Below, piece after piece: positions 37,695-51,403 of a stretch of DNA of 64,000 nt. The position numbers and the translations under genes were made by a program. This DNA is from Basidiobolus meristosporus CBS 931.73. Its lineage: Eukaryota > Fungi > Basidiobolomycota. The stretch's first letter is position 1; each line of letters opens with the position of its first letter. The stretch is taken from the NCBI GenBank assembly GCA_002104905.1, contig MCFE01000031.1:124001-188000 (forward strand), written 5' to 3'. The notes under the pieces are model-generated. The model had not been told where the DNA came from. It did no database searches and was given only the letters and a program-made list of their open reading frames with translations.

Positions 37695-40123
37695 GTCAAG
37701 TGTCAGTCAATAATACGATGGAACAGGTGCGATGACTATGTCGGTTGAGGAGGCACAAGAATATGGGCAGCCTAGGAACCAACGGGCCTTTTTATAGATT
37801 CCATAGCGATTGTTGATTGATGCGTGTAGTAATTCATCATTAAAATCAGTGTAATGTGCCACAAGCATCTAAGGTGTTAAATGGTAATTACAAGGAAATG
37901 TGATAATCAGCACTCAACCGATCACAGCAACGGCTCAGTGTTTTGAGTGTTTCATTCATCGCTAGTTGTGCCTTCAGAAACCAAGTTAATAATTCAATGC
38001 TCATGCACACCACCTGAGGAATTAGGGCAAAAGGGGCATTTGGATTGGGGTGATGTCAAAATGCGTTTGAGTTTGGACTAACTCGGTTGTTTCGCAATAT
38101 TTCTGCATACAGGAGGACATGCATTAGTGAAGAATTTGTTTCAATCGTGTAAATTCGGGTGAAATGAGCTTGAAAGGCGAGCCGTGTAACACAGCAAATT
38201 TGTTCAACTTCAGACCTGCTACGGATGATAATCTAGGTGGTGATCTCAATGTTGCATGCAATGATTTAGTCGAAAGGTATTTACAATGTAAACCGACATG
38301 TATCTACAATGCAGGCCAAACAAGTGCGTTGGAGCAACTCCCGGATTTCTACGCTGTCCTCGAACCGGTTGGTTTGGGTTTCTCATGGCCAATTTAGTGG
38401 GAATGTTCATCACCCAAGAATGCACCACCCGTGCATTCTGCAAGGGACTGGAGGCGTGTTATGAAATTCAGCTCATCTGCCTGGTAACTGCTGCTAACCC
38501 ATCGCTTCATCTTGGCTCTCTAGTCAGTGTGGTTAAGCTTTTCTCATAGCACTTGGTTAACCAACCTTAAACGAGCCAGAACTAGGGAATTTTGAGGCGT
38601 GTGACTCCCTTCCTAAAGAGTAGCTCGTACACCCCACTGATATAATTGATAGTGTCATTCATAAAAATTGTGGAGCGCTGAAACCTTATCAACGAAACAA
38701 CCCTTTGTGGCTCTTTATCAAGCAAATCTATCCTCAGCTGATGACTTCTTTATCGATGCAAATAAAATCACGGATAAATTAGTTTCTACGAAGCTTGAGC
38801 GCATCTCTCGCCCTCGCCCTCACCAGTATTGCATGACCAAAATAATCAATTAGTATTATACGTGTTGTTATATTACTCCAACCTTCCCAAAGTGGTTCGG
38901 GTTGGTCGATGGTGTTCGATGACTACTATTGCGGCATTCCTCTTGAATGATGACAGTTTGCCATTTTGGAGTGACACCTGTCATTTCTTTCCGCTCCCCG
39001 ACAATCTCCGATGGCTTTCTGGTTTGTAAGCCTTTCCTATCTACACCATTGATGTTTTGTCCGTGGGTGAATCTTGGCCGGTTGACAAATGAACAATCTT
39101 CATCTCGCATCTCGCATGTATAGTACAACACAAGTAATTGGTGTGCAACAGAAGGGTCTTCAGTGAGTGAGGTTCCGGTGTAACGGCTTCAGGCCACGAG
39201 AGATGATGAGCCACTCGGCGGATTTAAGCTTCTATTTACATTGATGCGGATAATCTTGAGTAGTTACCAAGCAGAGTGACCACTTTTGTCTGTCAAAGTG
39301 TGGGTTTATCTGCCCAGTCTGTCCACAAATCAGTGGTCAGGGTTCCGTGACCCGTATTATTTTCGGAGGCTACTGATGTGTACTCTACCGATGTGACTGC
39401 CATGGAAAAATACTACTGCTAAATGTGCAGCCCATATCTATAATTCCGTTGGCACGGCACGTGCTTGACAATTGGGGATGCAAGTTATCTCCAAATATTT
39501 TGATGGGGCTGTTTGGTAGTATGAAATGAGTAGATGCATGTTGCCCAAGTGGAACTGGTTCAGTTTGAAGGCTCTGGAGGGGCACTCCACATTGAACAAA
39601 GGATCTTCAGTACTCTATTCCCAGGCTATAACACCCACATTGCTGATACTGATATGAATCCTATAGCATGACTGCCCTTCACTTGAGCAATGTGGCACAT
39701 GCACTATCTAGTAGCATAGCTGCAAGAAATTCAGAGGATTCAAATATAGACCCTAAATAGTGGTCCAATATGACTGGGCAGTGCCCAAATAGCAGCAAAA
39801 CAGCCAGTATGACCAGTGATTTGAGAGGAGGTTGCTTCGAAGATAGGGGTGAGAAGGGAGTAGTTACTCATACCTAATTAAAATTGGATCCATCGACTAT
39901 ATACTATAGGCTGTGTCATTGGCCCCTGATATCCCCTCCTCTCCCCCTAAACATGACTTGAGGGTGCGATATGTGCGTAGTGTATAAATACAAAGGAAAA
40001 TGGAGAGAATTATTTGCGATTTGAGCTGGTGAATTTGACTTCTTTGGTGTGTAGGCTTCGCGAAACCCATCTTTTCTCCTCAAGTAATCAGTCAAAATTC
40101 CGACCAACACTCACAAAGATAGG

Positions 40124-40665
40124 ATGTCCCAACGCAGGACTGGGTATTCCATTTGTTATAATTGTGGCGCTCCTGGACACCAAGCGAAACAGTGCAGTAA
40201 GGCAGAACCCGTCTGGTAATTAGTTAATTTTCTCTAGGCCAATATCCCAATCGTAACCAATGAACATCTACTAGCTACAACTGCAACGAGACTGGCCACC
40301 TTAGCCGGGACTGTGACGAACCAGTTGCTACCAAAAAGTGTTATCGTTGCGAGTCGACTGAACATTTGTCGCGAGACTGCCCTGTAACTCTAGCCGACGG
40401 ACCCGAGTGCTACAAGTGCGGCAAGTCTGGCCATTATGCAATTGGATGCCCCGAAAATGTTGGCAAGTTCAACAAATCGTGCTTTACTTGTGGTGAGTTT
40501 GGCCACCGATCCAAGGATTGCACGAACGAAAGCAAATGCTACAGCTGCGGTAAGACCGGACATATCTCCACCGATTGCTCACAAGTAGGCCAAGTCTGCT
40601 ATGGATGCGGTGAGAATGGTCACATCAAGAGTGACTGTCCTGATAGAATGGCTAAGGTCAACTAA
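40124..40665 (+). CDS. GIS2: CNBP/Gis2/Byr3-like protein with seven CCHC zinc knuckles, 2 exons
   Basis: Seven CX2CX4HX4C motifs from CYNCGAPGHQAKQC to CYGCGENGHIKSDC. Confidence 0.87.
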
Positions 40666-40860
40666 AAGCAATTTCCCACCAATCCTAGCCCATAATTTAT
40701 TCTTTTACCCAAGAGCCTCTTCATAAATAAATACTGGTTGAACGTTACTGACATCAATTATTGGTCCCATGACGAATCCCTGATCTTTCCAATTTGATTA
40801 GAAATTCTCTCACCAAGGACTTTGGGCAGTATTGTGCTTTAGGCGCTCACCTCCGCCAGT

Positions 40861-41678
40861 ATGATAAAGTCAGTGCTGATATTCAATAATCACGGGAAGC
40901 CTCGGTTGATGAAATTCTACCAGCAGATCGTAAGAACACTGAGTCTACCTCGAGCATCTTTCGAAACCATCGGTTTACTTACATTGGTTTCCCTCTTAGG
41001 ATGTTACTATTCAACAAAAGATTCTAGAGGAAATATTCAGTCTGGTCTCTGAAAGACTAGATACCGAGTGCAACTTTCTGGAGGGAAGCACGCTTTTGGG
41101 GGGACCTGACACTCGCATCATTTATCGAAACTACGCGACTTTGTACTTTGTGTTTGTGGTGGATTCCTCGGAGAGCGAGCTCGGAATATTAGACCTGATT
41201 CAGGTAAGTAGGACCCCCCTGTCGCTACCATATCCTTTTACTTATATAGAGCACGAAACAGGTGTTTGTCGAAAGCTTGGACCGCTGTTTTGAGAATGTC
41301 TGCGAGCTCGACTTGGTATTTTAAACACGACTTTAAGTTATTCCTCCCCTCTTTCTAATAGCTTACATCCCCCCCCCCTACCTGTAGATTTTCCATTGGG
41401 AGGAGGTAATTAATGGCAGTTGATATTTCTGTTCAACCCTCACTTTCTAATTCTCTGGTTTAGATTCATCATATTTTAGCTGAAGTGGTCACCGGTGGTA
41501 TGGTAAGTGCACAATATCAGACAACATGAATATAAGCTAACACTGCCCTGTGCAGGTTCTTGAGACGGACCTTGAGAAGATTACCCTAGCTATCCGGGAG
41601 GCAAACAAGTTGAAGAAGTCCAGTAGCTATACAATGTCTTCCATGAAACTAGATCAGCGTAGAAACTTCATTGGATAA
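40861..41678 (+). CDS. APS3: AP-3 complex sigma subunit, 6 exons
   Basis: MIKSVLIFNNHGKPRLMKFY, YRNYATLYFVFVVDSSESELGILDLIQVFVESLDRCFENVCELDLIFH. Confidence 0.92.
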
Positions 41679-42164
41679 ACACGACATCTTGTAAAATATT
41701 CAGCCACTCCTTTGAGATGTAAAGCTTTAATCACCTAGAGGGATGTTATGTAAATCTTTGGCGCACTTCACTTTCAGAAAGTATAGATCCATCAAAATAA
41801 ATCAGCGTCACTGAAAAATTTTTGGTCTTCAATCATGCATCCTATCACGTGGGAGGGTGGTGAACTCCAAAGTGCGATGAATTTAGGTTAAAATCCCAAG
41901 GACAGGATTCAACTTAGGCATACTGCTAAACAAAGCATTCATTTATTTGTGGGATTTTTTTTTACTCTATTAAAGCTGCACCATTCCCTTCTTTCTTTTC
42001 CCAAGGGCAGCGAATATACACGAATACAAATATACCATATTTTAAGCTATTTGGTAAGCCCCTAGAGATAAACCCTTGGTTTTTTTTCTATTTTCCTCCG
42101 GCGGTATTTTTATGAAGCCAAGTTACGAGCCATTCTAATCTCTCTCACACTCGATCGGTAGATA

Positions 42165-43137
42165 ATGTCAGACCAAGAAAACCCCACCTCCAGCGATGTC
42201 AATGGAGTTGAACCTGCTCAAGAGACCCCCGAAAACAACGTCGACGTCGACGTCGCCGATGTAGACGAAGTACAGTTCGATTAACTCGCTCGCCAACGCC
42301 CACCAGAACGTGTCTAATGCAATCTTGATTTTTCTTAGGAACTAGAGGCGATGAAGCAACGTGTTCAAGAAATGGAGCAGGAGGCTGCTAAGCTAAGAGA
42401 AATGCAGGCCCAAGTCGAGCAAGAAATGAACATGAACGCCTCCTCTGGTAAAGAAGTCTTCAGTTTGAGTTTGATTCTGCACATCTAACGACGCGATCTA
42501 CTTGCATCCTTTCAGAGGATCAGGAAACTCTCGATTCTCGCTCAATCTATGTTGGGAACGTAAGCGGATCCAGGGTTGTTTATTTATTGGTGATGCGCTT
42601 TTAGCTAAACACCTTCATGGTATTTAGGTTGACTATGGCTCCACTCCTGAAGAACTTCAAGCACATTTTCAGTCATGCGGCACCATCAACCGTATTACTA
42701 TTATTTGTGATAAATGGAGCGGTCATCCCAAGGGGTATAGTGTGGCATATTTTAGACTGGAAAATTCGATCATCCATTAATATCAAATTTACTTAGTTAT
42801 GCCTACATCGAGTTCGCTGATAACTCTTCAGTCACTAATGCAATGGTGCTAAACGAGTCACTGTTCCGAGGCCGTTTACTTAAGGTATGTGAACCTTACA
42901 CTCGGTTAGCTGATCCCAGCTTGCTCATTGTACATAAATCAGGTTACGCCGAAGCGAACCAACATCCCAGGTATGACTCGTGGTCGAGGTCGCGGTAGAG
43001 GATTCCGAGGCGGATTTAGAGGAGGCCGTGCCATGCATAGGTTTGTACATGGAATGCATACTGGACTTTGGTGATCGCCACTAACCACGCTTCTGCGGGC
43101 ATCCAGGGGACGTCGCGGCTATTTCTCTCCTTATTAG
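42165..43137 (+). CDS. PABPN1: Nuclear poly(A)-binding protein PABPN1/Sgn1-like RRM protein, 7 exons
   Basis: [56 protein letters not shown] tail ending FSPY. Confidence 0.9.
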
Positions 43138-43857
43138 GTACATTTGGTGTGGTTTCTGTGATTGCTTTTTGGAGAATATCAGCTCTCAAAATTGGTCCTT
43201 TCATTCAATATTTTCCTATATATATACTATTTAAAAATCCGGATATTTTCCCAATATTTTTGCAACATTTAAAGAATATTTTAGACCACCAATGTTTGTT
43301 GTTCAGTTGTGTCAAAGGGGAGAGATGAACAGAAAGAAATGAGTAAAAACGCCAAGATTGACAAGTCCCAAGAAACCATGGGTTTGATAGATATTCGTCA
43401 AGATCGATTGTATATACACTCGCAATAAATCCCATCAATCAAGTTCAACATCCATGCAAGCCAGGTGGCATCTCACCTTAGATTGGGTCGCTTCCACTGG
43501 GATCGTTTTAGCCAGCTCAGCAATTATCGATCAACAATCTCTAATTTTCTTTACTTGGAAATCGTTTTTCAAGCTGGTCGTGTGTTACTTAAACAGGCTT
43601 TATTGGAAGAGTTTCAAACGGGAAATACCTTTCCAGGCTGTTTATGAGAAATTCCCTTATTCCAAAATGCCATATAGGGTAAGCTTGTAGAAGAATTACC
43701 AGTAAAGGAACCTGGATGTTTTAAAAGAACGAAATCGCTGTTTATAGTCAACCCAACATCTAATTCTCTACGTATAAAAGCCTGCAGCAGGTGAAGGGCA
43801 AAGCCATTTTAGTGACCCCTCAAAGACCCTTCTAAGTGTTGTAAATACTAAACAAAC

Positions 43858-44648
43858 ATGAGTATCTTCACCGCCAACTCACAACACGAAAACTGGCTCT
43901 TGTGGATGATGGCTGATTCTGCCTTGCCAACTGGTGGTTTCGTAGCTTCCTCTGGTCTTGAAGCCTCCGTCCAAGCTGGTTATGTCCATAACGAGGAGAC
44001 CCTCCTGAAATTCATTTCTTCGAGTGTACATAATTACGCACTCTCTACCCTTCCTTTCGTTACCAAGGCATATGAGATTTCCCAGTCTGAAAGTACCGAT
44101 GATGAGAAGGTGGAGCAGCTCATCAAGCTTGACGATTTCTATGAGGCTTCCACTTCCAATGCCATCACCAAAAGAGCCTCCAAAGCCCAAGGAACGGCCA
44201 TGTTGATGTTGTTGAGCAAGAGTTTCGGACAACTTTCCAAATCTGTGGTGGGGACCAAGCTGAAGCTACAAGTCAGATTGGGAAGAATTGGTGGTCATCT
44301 TCCTGTCTGTTTTGGTATGGCTTGTCAGCACTTGAACGTCAGTCTGAGTAAGTTGGAAGCATTTTCTTTGTCAGCGAAACCCAACAAACTAACCCTCCTC
44401 TTCTAGGCAATACCCAGGAACTTTTCCTATTCTTGTTCGTACGCGCCATCATCTCTGCTGCCGTACGTCTCAACCTGGTTGGCCCATACTACGCTCAAAC
44501 CCTTTTGGCTCAATGCCAGGAATTCACGGAAGAAGCCTGGAAGCTTGGCCGTGATGTTCAACCAGAAGATGCCGCACAGTCTTCACCATTATTAGATATC
44601 ATTCAAGGAACCCATGACCACCTTTACTCTAGAATCTTCAACAGTTAG
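43858..44648 (+). CDS. ureF: Urease accessory protein UreF, 2 exons
   Basis: ADSALPTGGFVASSGLE, RASKAQG, GHLPVCFG, RAIISAAVRLNLVGP, HDHLYSRIFNS. Confidence 0.92.
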
Positions 44649-45155
44649 ATTAATGTTATCATACATGCCCTTCCAAGGAGGGATTTACGTAATTCGCTAA
44701 TTGTATGTTATTAGAATTCGAGTACATATGTGTCTTTATCCAAAACGTTTATTAAAGTTATCAACTGAACATTCGAGGTACATGATAATACCAACCGTTC
44801 TCTAAGCCTAAACCGCAAGCATCTAGCTAACCCCCTAGAGAAGAAACTAGCCATATCGTCATATGAACCGGTCTCAGATACAGCATCCTACCATGTTGGC
44901 GAATGGCTCAGATCTGTAGTGGCAACCATGACACATTTGCCATAATTGGAATTTTTCAAATTTCCCGTGTTGGGAATATTCTACTTGAAGCAACCTACGA
45001 CGATCTAGTTAGAAATTCCATTGTTTTCGGATTTCCAAAATGATGGATATAGAAGGGAAGCTTTACCAGCAGATAGATGAGAATTGTGAGACCTTGTGGG
45101 TTCTATGAAGAACAGGGAAATGGGATGGGCTTTATTGAAAGTTGAAACTCAGCAG

Positions 45156-47715
45156 CTACAGCTCTACTAGATCCCGCGAGTTGCAAGCCAGATCAATTTC
45201 GAATCCCCCATAGCCATCAAATACCAAGGCGTTATGGTGATACTTTTGTAAAGCTGTGTTATGGCTAACGGTGACACATGTGATCCAAGATCCTGGCATC
45301 TACGGAACAAGCGTTCTTCAGTTTTCGCATCTAGGGAGCTGGTAGCCTCATCAAGAACTGAAGGGAACATGGTTGGTCAAATGTTGGTCTGGGGATAAGG
45401 TAGAATGTCACTTACTAGCAAACCGAGGCCTCCAGTAAAACAGCCGCGCAAAAGATAGGCGCTGTTGCTGTCCGGGCGATAAGAGTTTGTCCCAATTTTG
45501 GCCAAAGTCTTTATCAAATCCAAGACTCTCCTCGAGGCCACTGAGGTCGACCTCTTTCAGTAGATTGCGAGCCTCACCATCGTCAACTACGTTTTCAGGA
45601 AATTTAGTGAATTTAGATCATTGAGTTATCCAGCGCATAACCTACTTGATACTAGTCTTCCGTCAGGATGGCCAGGATACACCATCTGATCCTTCAAAGT
45701 TCCAAACGAGAGGTAAGGAATTTGAGGTAGGAACAACACATCCCGGGCATTCGTTAGCGGCGGTGTTGATATATGTCCTATGAGATTGTGTTCAATGCAA
45801 AATACAAAAGCCAAACCTGCCGAGAAATCATAAATACCCTCACTACATGGCCACAGGCCACAAATCATTCTCAGTAGGGAGGTTTTCCCGCATCCGTTTG
45901 GACCGGTAATAAAGAGGCTCTCACCCTGGTGAACTTCGAAACTCAATCCTGATAGAAAAGCGTCAGTCGACGAATGTTTGTATCGTGTCTACCAACGAAA
46001 ATACCTGAATATAATTGCTTTCCAGCGGGTGTCGTGCAGTTGACATTTTTCAAAACGATCGAGTCGGAGTTGCGTCTAAGGATTGCATCGTCAGCAAATG
46101 CCAACAACTGGTCAACAGAAGTAAATGCTCACTCGAGGGTTTCATGGTAAGGATACTCGATATTTCGGTTTTCAAGCTCATTGTCGATATCGTTCATTAC
46201 TTCAAACATCTGGCCAATACGCGCGGTGTAGCCAGCTAAATCAGTAAATCTCTTTGCTTGTTGTACGACGAGGGTGAATTTGTAGTTGAGATACATGATG
46301 AGAAAAGCGTTCTAAACAATAAGATTGTCAGCATGAAGACTGTTTCAACCAAGAGATTGATGTAGCATTACCTTGCTGATTAATGCGCTTAGATCGGCAT
46401 TGTCTATGGAATCGTATTTGTGGGTAATGAATATGGGTATAGCGATGACGATATAGCTCAGAATGGTGCCAAAGTATGAGTACAGCTGAGTGCCACCTTT
46501 GGAAATTACAAAGTTAGAGTCATGCTGAGGCCTAGAGGCTATGCTAGAAAACCTACTATCCAGGAAAAACTGTTTCCTGACGATTTTCAGTTGACAACGT
46601 ATCAACGATGAAAGGGATTGATCCATATGCTTCTTCTCTTGGTTTTCACCTCCGTAGAAAGCGATGGACTCGGCCATGGTTCTTGCACGGACGTGCATGT
46701 ATCTGATCGGATATCTTAGTACGCTAGGTCTTTGCCGCAACGCGGTAACCGTGTTTACCTATAGTTTCCTTCATAATTCTCTTTCAAGTAGATGAATTTG
46801 ACGATTGGGTCGATCAGACACTTGTTGGCAATGGAGCTAATTACAAAATAAGAATAGACAGCGAGCGGGCCCACAAATCCAGAGATTGACCAGCACTTGT
46901 AGGTATAATATACAATCATGAATGGCGTGATGATCGTATTCTGGGCTATCTCACTCATTTCAAAGGCGAACTTGTCTACGTCCTGTGTAATCCGTTGATC
47001 ACTACCAAGCATGTCAGTGACACTTCAAGAAGAGCAAATCCATGCGATACTTACGGGTTATCAACACGCTCGTCGCTAATTAGCTTGTAAAATATCGATG
47101 GCTGTATATATTTGTTCTGCAGTGTTCTCGATAAGAGCTGGCGGACTTTGACTTGGAAGCAGTTTCCAACGAATATCATGCTACTCTTTCCCTATTTGTG
47201 TGAATAGCTGTAAGATACCTGGTCTGCTCTGCTTCAGTGAAGCTATAGTTTTGGCTTACCAATGCTGAAAAGGTTAGCAGACACCCTGAGTACATCAGGA
47301 GTACAAGGAAGCCACCGTAATCACGCTTGCCGAGTTTCTCGTAATAATGGCTGGTGAGAGTACCCGTGAAATAAACCACCACTTCATTCAGAGTACTGAC
47401 TATCAGCAGCCCAAGGAACAGGCTGGTGGTTATGTTTGGGCGTGGGAAAGAGAAAATGATTCGTAGGATTTTCTTGAAGCGCCTGAAAAATTGCTTGTTG
47501 ATTTTGGGCCTATTTTCTTTCATGTCGTCCTCCAGTTTGTTATCTTCCGGCCTGTGTCTAGAGCTTGTTCGTAGAGTAAATATGGGCAAAAGTTTTTATG
47601 AGAATTCCTCGACTTACTTCGACCGGTTTTGTTGATACCCGTGGTCTTCGTCGATATCCATGCTTTCGAAACCAGTCGTTGCTGAGCTCTGTAAAGGTTG
47701 ATATGCAGCAACCAT
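45156..47715 (-). CDS. ABCD4: ABCD4-like half ABC transporter, ~11 exons, with a 1-bp deletion at ~45285
   Basis: [17 protein letters not shown]-like [13 protein letters not shown], Walker [34 protein letters not shown]. Confidence 0.8.
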
Positions 47716-48165
47716 ATTTGTCTGCGACTGCTGTCCGATATAAACTGAAGTAGCAGGGGAGCACGTTATACGAACAGATTACTCACTATTGGTGTGGAAA
47801 AGTTGATATAAATTTGGTGAAACTGCTGAATCTGAAAGGTGGAATAAGTGAAAACCGTTGGGATATATAACAGAAATCTACAATTTAAGCCAAGATCCAT
47901 TCAAATAGCCACCATAAGGGTATATATACATATATACTGCCTTCCCCCTCAATAGGAAGGAGCTTGAATTATTCCACCATTTGACAATTCACCACACGTG
48001 TGTTGATTAGGTTGAGACAACGGTGGAAATCTACCAAGGAACAATCTGGAACAGTTGGATTGCTTGCCATAAAAATGGTCTAATGAAGGGACAAGGCAGG
48101 ATGTGTCAAAATAAGACTTTCACTTTATTGTGCTCATGAAAGAATACAGTTCTCGAACGTGCAAG

Positions 48166-48692
48166 TTAAACAACGGTACCAGAACTGGAGGCAATTCTGG
48201 GCCAGAGATCGGCGCATTCCTTACCAACAGGACCAGTAATGGCGGAGCCCTTCATTTCACCCTTGGGGTTAACGATGACACCAGCGTTATCTTCGAAGTA
48301 GAGGAAGACACCATCGCGTCTGCGCCAGGCCTTGCGTTGACGGATGACAACGGCGGGCATAACCTTCTTACGAAGATCGGGCTTACCCTTCTTGACGGTG
48401 GCCATGACCATGTCTCCAACACCAGCAGCAGGAAGACGGTTCAATCTACCCTTGATGCCGGTGACGGCAATAATGTAAAGGTTCTTGGCTCCAGAGTTAT
48501 CGGCACAGTTGATGACGGCACCAACTGGGAGACCGAGAGACATACGGAATTTGTTACCAGCAGCTCCTCCGCGTCCTTTGATACATAGGTAGGGTTAGTA
48601 CATGACGCTGGGAATCTATTTATGCGTTGATTCATCCATCAACATGTCGGATAGGATGCATGATGCAAAGACTACATACCGCGCTTAGACAT
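48166..48692 (-). CDS. RPL23: 60S ribosomal protein L23 (uL14), 2 exons
   Basis: [37 protein letters not shown]...[14 protein letters not shown]. Confidence 0.97.
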
Positions 48693-49082
48693 ATTGATAC
48701 GATAGGTGGTGGAAAAAGAAGGAAGCTCCTACTCCATGGCCGTCATTTTGTTCTTGTGTGGATCCAACCCTCAAAAATTTCCACTAGTCACGGGACAGAA
48801 ATTTTTTTCGTTTGGTCGCATTAGATGGTCGAAATTTTTGATTTATCACGATCCAGTCACTTCACTCGGTGCATGGAACATGGGATATTGTGAGTTGATA
48901 CAGTAAGGTAGGGTGGTAGGATAGCAAGATAATGTTAGAGTTAGGACTGTAGCGTAGGGTATTGGGTGCGAGTTGGGTGCGAGTTCATGGATTTTATTGT
49001 AGACTGATGATATCTATTGCATGCAGTTGGTTCATTACAGAGATGTGAGAAGGGGATTAATCAGCAACATGATTAAACTTGT

Positions 49083-50838
49083 TTACAAAATCATATTGAT
49101 TGGGTTTTCCATGTAAAACTTGAACTTGTTCAAGAAGTCGCCAGCAATAGCTGCGTCAACAACACGGTCGTCGATGCTGAGGTTAACGGTCATGACTTGT
49201 CTGGTCTTCAGGTTGCCGTTAACTGGGGTATTGTAGGAGAACTTGGACTCACCAGAGAGATAATCAAATACATCTGGCTCGGCAACTGGCTCAACAGCGG
49301 CAACCTCGCTAGGTGTAATGAAGCTTTCATCTTCGATCACCTCGATCTTGGTACCTCCGACGGCCATAATACAGGCCTGGGGTGGGTTAATGATGGCAGA
49401 GAATTGGCCAATTCCGAACATACCAAGGTTGGAGATACTGAAGGAACCACCTTGGTATTCATTAGGCATCAACTTGCCAGCACGTGCCTTAGCTGCCAAT
49501 TCTTTGACGGTCTTGGAAATGTCGGTCAAGCCGCGCTGGTCGGCATTCTTGACGATGGGTGTAATAAGACCAGTTGGGGTAGCAACAGCAATGGAGATGT
49601 CGACGGAGTCGATGCTCTCGCCGGCTTCCTTGGCTGGGTTATAACGAACATTAAGTTCAGGAACATCTCTCAAGGCAAGAGAGGTTGCGCGAACAATAAA
49701 GTCGTTGACAGATACGCTGATCTGATTATTCTCCTTCAATGTGCGTCTCAGCTTGTTGATCTCATCAACAACAATCTCTCTGGCTACGTATGAGTGGGGA
49801 ACAGTGGATTTGGATTCAGAAAGGCGGGAGGCGATAATACGACGCATGGTAGTAACGGGAATATCTTCATACTCGGCAGAAGAGCTGGGAGCTGGGGTTT
49901 GAGGAGCGTTAGAAGTGGCTGCTGAAGCCTTGGATTCGGCCTTAGGGGCTGGTGCACTCTTGATGAGACCAAGGTAGCCCAAGACATCTCCTTTAAGGAT
50001 GCGTCCCTTGGGTCCAGTGGCAGGAACTTTGTTGATATCATCAATCTTGTTGTTGCGAACAAGATGGGCAACAGCGGGACTAAGATAGTTATCACGATCA
50101 GCAGAGGCGGTGGCTGGGGTGCTAGCAGGGGCTAGATCGTTCAAGTATAGTGAATTAGAATCAAATCAAGTGAGCCGAGTCTAAAAACAATGTACCTTCA
50201 CTTTGGACCGCGGGTTGCTCGGGGGCAGGTGTGGACGCAGGAGTAGCATCAGCAGGAACCTCAATGCTGCTGATATCGTCACCCTCCTCAGCCAGCAAAG
50301 CAATCAAGGAGTTGACAGCGACACCTTTAGTGCCGTTGGGAACCTATTCCGAGCAATATCACTGTTCAGCAAACTCGCGAGGTTTAAAGCAACTCTTGGT
50401 AGTAACACGTACGATAATCTTGGCTAGAACACCGTCATCCTGGGCTTCAATTTCCATTTGAGCTTTGTCGGTTTCAATCTCAAGAATAATATCACCAGCT
50501 TCCAATTTATCGCCTGTAAGCAAGACAACATTCACGTGTTATCACCCATTTCCGAGAAAGAGAGATAGCTTTTAAGCAAACCTTCGTTCTTCTTCCAGCT
50601 GGTAATGGTACCCTCAGTCATGGTGGGGGAAAGGGCTGGCATAAGCAACTTTGATACCGCATTACTAACTGACGAGTTGTGGAAGCCTATAAGAAGCGGT
50701 GGGGGAATAGTTAACGAAAGTGGTTGAGGAGGGGAAGCGTCTAACTAGATTAGCACTATGGCACATACCACGTCTAAGAGCATTTCTGGGTACACCAGAG
50801 TTCAAAGAGCGGAAAACACCAGAACGAATACTGAACAT
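49083..50838 (-). CDS. PDX1: Pyruvate dehydrogenase protein X / E3-binding protein, 5 exons
   Basis: Presequence; lipoyl domain [16 protein letters not shown]; E3-binding [13 protein letters not shown]; C-terminal acyltransferase fold with DDR in place of catalytic DHR. Confidence 0.82.
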
Positions 50839-51304
50839 ATTGAGGAGGAAGCAAGAAAAGGCACTACTCGATCAAGCCAGGACGATTTTTTATTTCGAAT
50901 AGATCCTCTACGAGGAAGCACCACAAGATAATCAAAATGGTTGGTCGCACTATATCTGTGATGTTGTCGTGTCTAGTCTACCCCACATCAACCGCCGCCA
51001 TGATCTTATTTTTTTACCCAGCGGTGGTCAATTGGTGCCTTCAGCCTTTGAAAATCAATCCAGAAATGGAAATTAAATGGCAAAGTAATGGTTGATAACC
51101 GAAAGAATACCCACCGAGCCACAATTCAGTCAGAATTTCAAATCATTCTCTGTGATTATCTGCCTCACAAAGGCCGAGCTGTTCCGAATAAGTAGTTTGA
51201 TTCCTGTGGCTTGAGGGGGGATTTCGGATCTTGTGATGAAGCAATATAATCTAGGGAAAGATATTGGATTAAACCGCTTTGTGTTTAAACCGGGGTTTAA
51301 GTGT

Positions 51305-51403
51305 TTAGGATTAGGGTTAGGGGTTCTTTGCATGAATTGATCTTCTGGAATGCTTGGTTATTGGAGGTTTTCTGCATGAATTGATCTTCTGGAATGCTTG
51401 GTT
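51305..51403 (+). repeat. Telomere-like TTAGGA(TTAGGG)2 followed by a 31-bp exact direct repeat
   Basis: 51305-51322; tgcatgaattgatcttctggaatgcttggtt at 51329-51359 and 51373-51403. Confidence 0.85.

Noticed and set aside
38277-38322. 23-bp imperfect tandem duplication within short Cys-rich ORFs
   Set aside because: Two diverged units only; no signal peptide or recognisable family
41311-41387. APS3 intron with GTATTTT donor as a possible U12 intron
   Set aside because: Lacks the ATCC core and has a U2-like CTAAT branch
45660-45685. GTATCCTGG on the minus strand
   Set aside because: Lies inside ABCD4 coding sequence (QMVYPGH)
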